A DNA stretch of 64,000 nucleotides from positions 10,829,995 to 10,893,994 of the forward strand of contig CM082585.2 in assembly GCA_040954595.2 (NCBI GenBank), read 5' to 3'. The position numbers were made by a program, and so were the translations under genes. This DNA is from Balanoglossus misakiensis (Eukaryota; Animalia; Hemichordata). Positions within the stretch are counted from its first letter, which is position 1. Each line of letters begins with the position of its first letter. The notes under the pieces were generated by a model. It did no database searches and was not told the origin of the DNA. It saw only the letters and a list, made by a program, of their open reading frames with translations. This document shows positions 10,223-21,000 of this stretch, piece by piece.

Positions 10223-13200
10223 CGACTTTGCGGAATTTCAAAATTTGGCCGATTTTTGAAAAAATCATGGGTTATAGCTCATGAAAATCATCCGAAAATG
10301 AGAATTTTTCGACTTTGCGGAATTTCAAAATTTGGCCGATTTTTGAAAAAAATCATGGGTTATAGCTCATGAAAATCATCCGAAAATGAGAATTTTTCGA
10401 CTTTGCGGAATTTCAAAATTTGGCCGATTTTTGAAAAAATCATGGGTTATAGCTCATGAAAATCATCAAAAAATGACAATTTTTCGACTTTGCGAATTTT
10501 CAAATTTTGGCCGATTTTTGAAAAAATCATGGGTTATAGCTCATGAAAATCATCCGAAAATGAGAATTTTTCGACTTTGCGGAATTTCAAAATTTGGCCG
10601 ATTTTTGAAAAAATCATGGGTTATAGCTCATGAAAATCATCCGAAAATGAGAATTTTTCGACTTTGCGGAATTTCAAAATTTGGCCGATTTTTGAAAAAA
10701 TCATGGGTTATAGCTCATGAAAATCATCCGAAAATGAGAATTTTTCGACTTTGCGGAATTTCAAAATTTGGCCGATTTTTGAAAAAATCATGGGTTATAG
10801 CTCATGAAAATCATCCGAAAATGAGAATTTTTCGACTTTGCGGAATTTCAAAATTTGGCCGATTTTTGAAAAAATCATGGGTTATAGCTCATGAAAATCA
10901 CCCGAAAATGAGAATTTTTCGACTTTGCGGAATTTCAAAATTTGGCCGATTTTTGAAAAAATCATGGGTTATAGCTCATGAAAATCATCCGAAAATGAGA
11001 ATTTTTCGACTTTGCGGAATTTCAAAATTTGGCCGATTTTTGAAAAAATCATGGGTTATAGCTCATGAAAATCATCCGAAAATGAGAATTTTTCGACTTT
11101 GCGGAATTTCAAAATTTGGCCGATTTTTGAAAAAATCATGGGTTATAGCTCATGAAAATCATCCGAAAATGAGAATTTTTCGACTTTGCGGAATTTCAAA
11201 ATTTGGCCGATTTTTGAAAAAATCATGGGTTATAGCTCATGAAAATCATTCGAAAATGAGAAATTTTCGACTTTGTGGAATTTCAAAATTTGGCCGATTT
11301 TTGATAAATCATGGGTTGTAGCTCATGAAAATCATCCGAAAATGAGAATTTTTCGACTTTGCGGAATTTCAAAATTTGGCCGATTTTTGAAAAAATCATG
11401 GGTTATAGCTCATTAAAATCATCCGAAAATGAGAATTTTTCGATTTGGCGGAATTTCAAAATTTGGCCGATTTTTGAAAAAATCATGGGTTATAGCTCAT
11501 GAAAATCATCCGAAAATGAGAATTTTTCGACTTTGCGGAATTCAAAATTTGGCCGATTTTTGAAAAAATCATGGGTTATAGCTCATGAAAATCATCCGAA
11601 AATGAGAATTTTTCGACTTTGCGGAATTTCAAAATTTGGCCGATTTTTGAAAAAATCATGGGTTATAGCTCATGAAAATCATCCGAAAATGAGAATTTTT
11701 CGACTTTGCGGAATTTCAAAATTTGGCCGATTTTTGAAAAAATCATGGGTTATAGCTCATGAAAATCATCCGAAAATGAGAATTTTTCGACTTTGCGGAA
11801 TTTCAAAATTTGGCCGATTTTTGAAAAAATCATGGGTTATAGCTCATGAAAATCATCCGAAAATGAGAATTTTTCGACTTTGCGGAATTTCAAAATTTGG
11901 CCGATTTTTGAAAAAATCATGGGTTATAGCTCATGAAAATCATCCGAAAATGAGAATTTTTCGACTTTGCGGAATTTCAAAATTTGGCCGATTTTTGAAA
12001 AAATCATGGGTTATAGCTCATTAAAATCATCCGAAAATGAGAATTTTTCGACTTTGCGGAATTTCAAAATTTGGCCGATTTTTGAAAAAATCATGGGTTA
12101 TAGCTCATCAAAATCATCCGAAAATGAGAATTTTTCGACTTGGCGGAATTTCAAAATTTGGCCGATTTTTGAAAAAATCATGGGTTATAGCTCATGAAAA
12201 TCATCCGAAAATGAGAATTTTTCGACTTGGCGGAATTTCAAAATTTGGCCGATTTTTGAAAAAATCATGGGTTATAGCTCATGAAAATCATTCGAAAATG
12301 AGAATTTTTCGACTTTGCGGAATTTCAAAATTTGGCCGATTTTTGAAAAAATCATGGGTTATAGCTCATGAAAATCATCCGAAAATGAGAATTTTTCGAC
12401 TTTGCGGAATTTCAAAATTTGGCCGATTTTTGAAAAAATCATGGGTTATAGCTCATGAAAATCATCCGAAAATGAGAATTTTTCGACTTGGCGGAATTTC
12501 AAAATTTGGCCGATTTTTGAAAAAATCATGGGTTATAGCTCATGAAAATCATCCGAAAATGAGAATTTTTCGACTTGGCGGAATTTCAAAATTTGGCCGA
12601 TTTTTGAAAAAATCATGGGTTATAGCTCATGAAAATCATTCGAAAATGAGAATTTTTCGATTATGCGGAATTTCAAAATTTGGCCGATTTTTGAAAAAAT
12701 CATGGGTTATAGCTCATGAAAATCATCCGAAAATGAGAATTTTTCGACTTGGCGGAATTTCAAAATTTGGCCGATTTTTGAAAAAATCATGGGTTATAGC
12801 TCATGAAAATCATCCGAAAATGAGAATTTTTCGACTTGGCGGAATTTCAAAATTTGGCCGATTTTTGAAAAAATCATGGGTTATAGCTCATGAAAATCAT
12901 CCGAAAATGAGAATTTTTCGACTTGGCGGAATTTCAAAATTTGGCCGATTTTTGAAAAAATCATGGGTTATAGCTCATGAAAATCATTCGAAAATGAGAA
13001 ATTTTCGACTTTGTGGAATTTCAAAATTTGGCCGATTTTTGAAAAAATCATGGGTTATAGCTCATGAAAATCATCCGAAAATGAGAATTTTTCGACTTGG
13101 CGGAATTTCAAAATTTGGCCGATTTTTGAAAAAATCATGGGTTATAGCTCATGAAAATCATCCGAAAATGAGAATTTTTCGACTTGGCGGAATTTCAAAA

Positions 13201-14628
13201 TTTGGCCGATTTTTGAAAAAATCATGGGTTATAGCTCATGAAAATCATTCGAAAATGAGAAATTTTCGACTTTGTGGAATTTCAAAATTTGGCCGATTTT
13301 TGAAAAAATCATGGGTTATAGCTCATGAAAATCATCCAAAAATGAGAATTTTTCGACTTTGCGGAATTTCAAAATTTGGCCGATTTTTGAAAAAATCATG
13401 GGTTATAGCTCATGAAAATCATCCGAAAATGAGAATTTTTCGACTTTGCGGAATTTCAAAATTTGGCCGATTTTTGAAAAAATCATGGGTTATAGCTCAT
13501 GAAAATCATCCGAAAATGAGAATTTTTCGACTTTGCGGAATTTCAAAATTTGGCCGATTTTTGAAAAAATCATGGGTTATAGCTCATGAAAATCATCCGA
13601 AAATGAGAATTTTTCGACTTTGCGGAATTTCAAAATTTGGCCGATTTTTGAAAAAATCATGGGTTATAGCTCATGAAAATCATCCGAAAATGAGAATTTT
13701 TCGACTTTGCGGAATTTCAATATTTGGCCGATTTTTGAAAAAATCATGGGTTATAGCTCATGAAAATCATTCGAAAATGAGAATTTTTCGACTTTGCGGA
13801 ATTTCAAAATTTGGCCGATTTTTGATAAAATCATGGGTTATAGCTCATGAAAATCATTCGAAAATGTGAATTTTTCGATTTTGCGGAATTTCAAAATTTG
13901 GCCGATTTTTGAAAAAATCATGGGTTATAGCTCATGAAAATCATTCGAAAATGAGAATTTTTCGACTTTGCGGAATTTCAAAATTTGGCCGATTTTTGAA
14001 AAAATCATGGGTTATAGCTTATGAAAATCATCCGAAAATGAGAATTTTTCGACTTTGCGGAATTTCAAAATTTGGCCGATTTTTGAAAAAATCATGGGTT
14101 ATAGCTCATGAAAATCATCCGAAAATGAGAATTTTTCGACTTTGCGGAATTTCAAAATTTGGCCGATTTTTGAAAAAATCATGGGTTATAGCTCATGAAA
14201 ATCATCCAAAAATGAGAATTTTTCGACTTTGCGGAATTTCAAAATTTGGCCGATTTTTGAAAAAATCATGGGTTATAGCTCATGAAAATCATTCGAAAAT
14301 GAGAATTTTTCGACTTTGCGGAATTTCAAAATTTGGCCGATTTTTGAAAAAATCATGGGTTATAGCTCATGAAAATCATTCGAAAATGACAATTTTTCGA
14401 CTTTGCGGAATTTCAAAATTTGGCCGATTTTTGAAAAAATCATGGGTTATAGCTCATGAAAATCATTCGAAAATGACAATTTTTCGACTTTGCGAATTTT
14501 CAAATTTTGGCCATTTTTCACAAAAAACATGGGTTATTGCTCATGAAAATCATCAAAAAATGACAATTTTTCGACTTTGCCAATTTTCAAAATTTCTTCA
14601 TTTTTTGCTCATGAAAATCATCCAAAAT
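10223..14628. repeat. 87-bp tandem satellite, right block (~50 monomers)
   Basis: Same monomer as 1-1556; the last few monomers are more diverged. Confidence 0.98.
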
Positions 14629-14872
14629 TCGCAAAGTCGAAAAATTGTCATTTTTTGATGGTTTTTATGAGCTATAACCCATGATTTCTTTCAAAAAATG
14701 AAGAAATTTTGAAAATTCGCAAAGTCTAAAAATCGTCATATTTTGATCATTTTCATGAGCTATAACCCATGATTTTTTTCAAAAATGAAGAAATTTGGAA
14801 AATTCGCGAAGTCGAAAAATTGTCATTTTTTGATTATTTTCATGAGCTATAACCCATGATTTTTTTCAAAAA
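14624..14872 (-). repeat. About three inverted, diverged monomers of the 87-bp satellite terminating the array
   Basis: AAAATTCGCAAAGTCGAAAAATTGTCAT...GAGCTATAACCCATGA is the reverse complement of the monomer; orientation switches at the shared AAAAT at 14624-14628. Confidence 0.93.
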
Positions 14873-14889
14873 AGAAACACAGTAACAAT

Positions 14890-17194
14890 TTCATTCACAG
14901 TGATCAGCCTTTATTACAGAACAAAAATGTACATCAACACAAGCATTAAAACGGTCACGATATCTAGACATTAAATAAATAAACAGCATTCAATTTACAA
15001 TTATATAAACATCGATAAATCACCTGTAAAATCAATGGCTCAGTATTATTCACCAACCCTAGACTCATATAAGTGTTTATGTATTTCATTCATATTGTTT
15101 CCAAGAACTGTAGAGGAGTTTTGCAGGTGATAGAGGTCGAGAACAAACGCAAAGCACCATCACCTCTAATCAGGTAAGGATTTCAAATGATGCACTGAGC
15201 ATCAACAATATCTACAGAATGGTCAAATACACAGAGTTAAATGTTGGCAAGTAATACTGGGAACAGCCCAGCCTGTCAATATATATCCTTCTTGTATGTA
15301 TGTTTGGAATTTTAGATTTCCTTGTTTCTGATTGTCTGATCATACAGGTGGTTACTTAGGTATGGTGTTTTTCTTAAGTATTGAGCCGCAGGTCAAAAAA
15401 ATTGGTCAAATCCAACGCGATGCACATTAAAAGTCTAGCAGAATTTGAAATTCATCTCATTCACTGGTGTGCCATGATGCATTTGCCTTGTGTATGATTT
15501 CAAAGAGCACAATCACATTTCCTGAATAATGATGCAGTCACACCATGTCATAATCGAAATAAGAATCAACCAACATGCGATGATGGTAAAGAGAATCATT
15601 CTTACTAAGAGTGTGAAAATACAGATATTGGATAACAATTGTATTGTCATTGCCAAGCCAAATGTACTATAGATACATAGTTTCAGGCATTACATGATAT
15701 CAAGAAGACCCCTTTTCTGGTTTTTAACCAAACAAAAGCTAAATGTACAAAACACACAGTGACTATGTTCTATACAAGACGCTGCCATAGTAATGCAAAT
15801 TTCTCAGGATGCGCAAATGCTGGAAAATGACCAGGTCACATTTGTCCATTTCAGCCAGACTACCTTTAATCATTACAAGTGGATGTCACGATCGTACACT
15901 TTGATAGCATAAAAGGCAACCAGAAAATGGCCAATTACAAGCATTGATGGTGAACTAGCTTATATTGCTGATTTATGTGCGAGATATCAAATCCATGGTA
16001 CCCCTATAACATAGATCGCTTCATAGAAGGCGTTTCAAACTGAACTTGTACATTTCTTTTATAACCCACATTGTGGCTAGACAACATATCACGATTGTAA
16101 TTCTTTTCATGTGTGAGTCGTGTACACTTCATTTAATAATTGGATACTCAAAATGATGTAACTTTGACAGAAATGTAAGCATAGACACCCATTCTGTTGC
16201 TTATCAACATTATTTTCGTTTGCTTAGAAGAAGACCAATAATCAGCTTAAAACGAATTAAATATTTACTTTAAAATGATTTCCCCATAATTTGTTAAAAT
16301 TTCATCTTCTATATAACAATGCATCGAACATATTTACCAGCAATGGTCAATAACAAGTAAAGCAATTCAAAACATGGCAGAATTTACATGAATACATATT
16401 ATTGCAACGTCACCAAAATAATGATATTATACTTTAAAACGACACCAAATAAGCATAAACCTTAAAAGATATTACTCTGTTGTTTTTTGTAATTGTCTTT
16501 TTTTTGCACCATATGAAGTTCATTATCAAGCAAATAGTGGCAAAGGCATCACATCCCAGAGTGCTTATTTCAATCTCCATGACAACGAAATTCATCCGAC
16601 TTGTATCTCCGTAACGCTGGCAATAAACAGTAACAAGGCCACTTATTTGATATGGTGAATAGCGCCCCCCGACGGACGTTTCAGGAGAGTAGGGCGTTCT
16701 AAATGAGCGTGCGCGTTTTGGTGAGATTTTTACTTTGGCAATAAGTCACTAAAAACTTAATATATATTGTATACATATCGTGGATTTGTGAGATGGAGAA
16801 AAAAAGTAATTTTCAATACCAAAATAGATATTCTAGAAGAAAGCACAGTTTGAATAGACATTCAAGCAACTTGTTGTCAAGGTGCCCGGTAGTCACCGAA
16901 ATGTCTTGTCAAACTGGCGCTGAAGACCTTTACAAGACACAGAATAATAATACTAGTCACTTCCTGGGAACAACAAAGCTGTAGCCTAACGGTGTCGTCA
17001 CGTTCTCATACGTAAAATATCAACGTTTCGAAGTTGCCTTCAGTTGTTTTTCGCGGGGCAATAATAACCACATAAATCATGGTCTTGTGGGGTACCACAT
17101 TGGCAACGACATCCAATCCTTTGAGGTCAAAGTTCATGCTGACCGAAACATTCCCATCAATCAGAGCAGGTGACTTGAATTCGTCTGGAACAAT
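14890..17194 (-). other. Probable non-coding terminal (3'UTR) exon of the acidic secreted/PLA2-like gene; candidate poly(A) signal at 14915-14910
   Basis: Donor CAG|GTAAGT 9 nt after the stop codon (17789/17788); acceptor ctctctttatcag|ATTG at 17195/17194; AATAAA on the minus strand at 14915-14910. The 3' end is approximate. Confidence 0.55.
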
Positions 17195-17797
17195 CTGATA
17201 AAGAGAGGAATACGAGACGAGTGTCCTCTAATGGTCTACAATCATATTGAAACTGAGAAACAACTACAGTATTTTTGAATACATCCTTCCCACCATGTTG
17301 GTACTGATATGTTTTATCTCTTTAAAATGTAAATGGACAAGCCATTATGAAATACATGTACATGTATGTACATTTCTAATGTAATTAAGCTTGTAGGGTA
17401 TGATTTACTGAGTAAGCTATTAATTCTGACTAAACTTCAATTTCATGGAACAAACATAAACCTTATTAAATCAAGCGTAATGGAGTAGTAGCTCAACTGT
17501 TTTTCCCATCCAGTACATTCCTTGAGGAGTTTATTTCCTGCCAACTTAATATTCCCCATCATAACTGTGTCTGTCAAATCTATTTGAATACCTCACAATA
17601 TGGCTTCCTCTTCGCATAATGATTTGTTTCACTCTTTGAAATGGTCTTGTTGTTTGTTCATTTTAAAATTTGTGTGTCTCGTGTGCTACAACTAAACATT
17701 GGTGAAAGATGCCAGGTTTAGAGGGCAGTGTACTTGTTTTCTCCTGAAACCTCGCACTGAGTAGATCGAGAGACCTGAGATTACTTACCTGTAAATC

Positions 17798-18013
17798 TTA
17801 TTGGAGGAGAGCGGTGTAAACGCATTCACTTCGACAAACATAATCCAGGTAAGGGCTTGGTTCCGGTATCTGTCTCGAATTTTTCGCTGCTTTTAGAAAA
17901 TACCCAGCATGCACTTCGCAGGAACCGGACCCAGACACCGCATCGCACACATCGAACATCTCGTTCAGATAGATCTCATCGCAGGTTCTTGCTGACACAC
18001 CATAAACAGAAGC
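17798..18013 (-). CDS. Acidic secreted protein, coding exon 6 (PLA2-like domain, C-terminal half, stop)
   Basis: ctctttccag|GCTTCT; encodes ASVYGVSARTCDEIYLNEMFDVC...CEVHAGYFLKAAK...VCRSECVYTALLQ*. Confidence 0.82.
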   Translation of the reverse strand, partial: ASVYGVSARTCDEIYLNEMFDVCDAVSGSGSCEVHAGYFLKAAKNSRQIPEPSPYLDYVCRSECVYTALLQ

Positions 18014-21000
18014 CTGGAAAGAGGAGAGATAAAACTGTGTGAAGGGAAAATTTCTACCTCTAGTCCAATAACAATAATCACAGGAAAACAGATCATTCTC
18101 TCCATTATTGTCAGCAAGTACAAATGCTATATAGTCTTGCTCTAAGACTGTGTGATATACATCAACTGCCATAGTCTACTTGCAATACTGTACCCTCAAC
18201 AAAATTCAAGTACACAATGCAGTACACGTATGCATCTATGTAGAATACATCTGCAATTAAGCTTTACATACGAATATAAAACAGGCACGCCATTTCTTTC
18301 CTCGCGCCAGAAGCGCTACTTGCGTGGATACTCTGGTATCCAGGCAACAGAAATATACTTGCTACATGATTTATGGCCCACCTGTCGATGTACACACACG
18401 GCTAACGACTTCTCCAGGTCATTGCTCCCATGAGTCATAAAATATGCGCACAATGTCACCCCTAATGTCATCGCCATAACCAAGCAAAGATCGCAAAGGG
18501 CAGAAAACCCTGTCCTTGCTAAGGTGTGTCAATAAGTATGTGGCACGGCATGCCATGTCACTCATCAGAGAGCTCGTAATCCTCAGTGTTTGCAGAGGAT
18601 AATAACCCTTTTGCCTGGTGGTCGTTTGTCGGCTTTATATCCTTGAGTCATCACATTTGTCGCAGGAATATCGGAGCCAAAGAGTACATAATCCCTCAAT
18701 CTATGTTACTCGACCCTGTCCCCTGTGACATAGACCGATAATAAATGTAATGTCTCTTGTGTGTTGCCAGTGCACATGATTTAGAGACATTGCATTTCCC
18801 CCCTCCCCATTGCATGATGTAGACCGTCATGAACCATGCGGCAAGGCATATACAAGTTCCAATGTACACACCTTATGTAAGATTTTAAGAATTTGAAAAC
18901 AAACCTCACATGGTATTTTTCTCTTAGTGTCAACTAGCTCTATTAATTTCTTTAATAAAGAAAACATCTTGGTTAATATGGGGGACTTCAGTTTTCAAAT
19001 CTTGTCATGCATGTGTCAAGAGTCTATTTTTGCCACGCAGTAAAAAAATTTGTTGATGTAATTATTCCTTAAGGAGAAGACTAGAGTCACATGACCACGA
19101 AACCTGATAAAGTGGAGGTGATTGGCAGCTGTCCAAAACTAAATATAATTGGATTGCAATGAAATACATAACGCCTTCACGTGCACTCGCGATGTGTTCA
19201 CGTGACGTATTCAATGAACTATAAAAACAAATTACACTCGTAAAATATTGAACATTATGGCTAACACTTTTAGCGCTGAAAGCAAAACTGGACAAATTAC
19301 ATTCAGAATAATTTCTCGCGCACTTGTAAAATTGTGTCTACCATTAAGGAGAACACTCTGTGAGGGTCTAAAAGTTCGGAAATGATGGATGGAATGGAGA
19401 GAAACAAATTGCGGAAAAATTGGCGTAATTTCACATCAGGCAAATACGAGTCTGGATTTGAGGAGAAACCTGAGCTGCCAGAACACTGTTTGTATGAAAT
19501 ATGCATTGTGAAGTCTTGCAGTAGTTTTTGTCATGCAAACTGCATTTACTGTAATCTGCTGCCTGTGTGACATTTTTGATAAGCAATTGCCTGTGTCATT
19601 TTCCCCCAGATCGCATAAAAATTTGATAAATGCAATCATTTGCCTGTAGTGAAAGCAGATAATTGCGAGTCTGCTTTTTCTTCACAATTATGAAAATAGT
19701 CAGTACATGTTTTTTTTCATCGAGCAACTACTGAAGCTCAGGGTGTCTGATATGATATGAAATGGTTCAGTTTGTTTCCACAACTGGTGGGCGTTTATGC
19801 CATTGATTGACCAGACACTAAACGCAAGAGCAGAGGGAAAACAGAAATCTGATTGGTCTGTTCTTGTTGTTACTGTTATCAAATAAGATTGAAGGACACA
19901 ACCAATTTCTTGCTGTTTCAATCACATTGTTGACGTTGTAAATAATTACAAGACTTCTGTAGCTATGAAAAGATATGAATATGAAATATTATCTCTAGCA
20001 TGTACGTTTCATCAAATTAGGTGCAGTAACTTTGGTGAATTTAAAGCGATAATTTCACAAATTGGTTAAATATCCATATAAACGGTTTATTAACATGATA
20101 CTGTCAATGTTTTATAGTGTAGTCAGCTCTGTGTCATATCAATAACTGTAGCAAGTTTCATGAAGTTATGTGCAATCATTTCAGAAATATAGTACTAACT
20201 AGAAAAGTTCGTAATATGATGTAATTCATATAATGAATCGAACTGAGGCATAATCGCTGGATTGCATGGCGCCAGTCTGTCCAGCCCAGGCTACAGATCC
20301 CAGAAAAAACTTTGACGCAGACGATCTCTGCAATTTTCCAAGTAGGGTCGCATCTGTGTGCTGCTTAAATGCCTTTCTTGAAGATAAAGACTTCAATCGC
20401 GAAACCAGCACGGCGTAACAAAGAGCAATCTCGTCTTCATGAAATAGCCCAATCATCCCTTTACGGGTGAAAATACTAAAATGCTTTTAGTTTCGCCACT
20501 GTGTAGCGTATTTTGCAATGTTCGTATACTTAAGATGTTGAAATGGCATATTTTTTCCCCAAAACTACGGCAATTGATCAAAGCATGAGTAAAAACAACT
20601 AAGATTGTACTTTCTGTTTTGAATATGGTGAAACTTAGAAAGGTCTGTTGGTCAATATGTTGGAAGTAGACCTGTCTTAGTTTTCCCTTACCATTGTTGC
20701 TTAATTTATGTAGGACATCCATGGCCCGGGGCTCTATTTACATACTGACATGAAACTTAGATAATTCTTGAAAGATATTTAGACATTCAAATTGCTATGT
20801 ACATTCCTCAAAGTTAAGTTTCTGAAGCATAAATGTCAAGGAAAGAGAAAAGTTTAGTCACAAACTTACACAAGAGTAACAGAGTTGATGTCGATTACAG
20901 GGTCCTGTGAAGGCTTCTTTGTAACCGCCATCTCCGAGACCCTCGTACAGTTCAACAACCTGGCAGTCATCCACCATATAGTCCAGAAGCGAACATTCCA

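Noticed and set aside
24-14658. Long ORFs (up to 610 aa) of repeating KKSWVIAHENHPKMRIFRLCGISKFGRFL
   Set aside because: Artefact of an 87-bp (3x29) monomer lacking stops in one frame; the array contains frameshifts and stop variants, and no gene signals are present.
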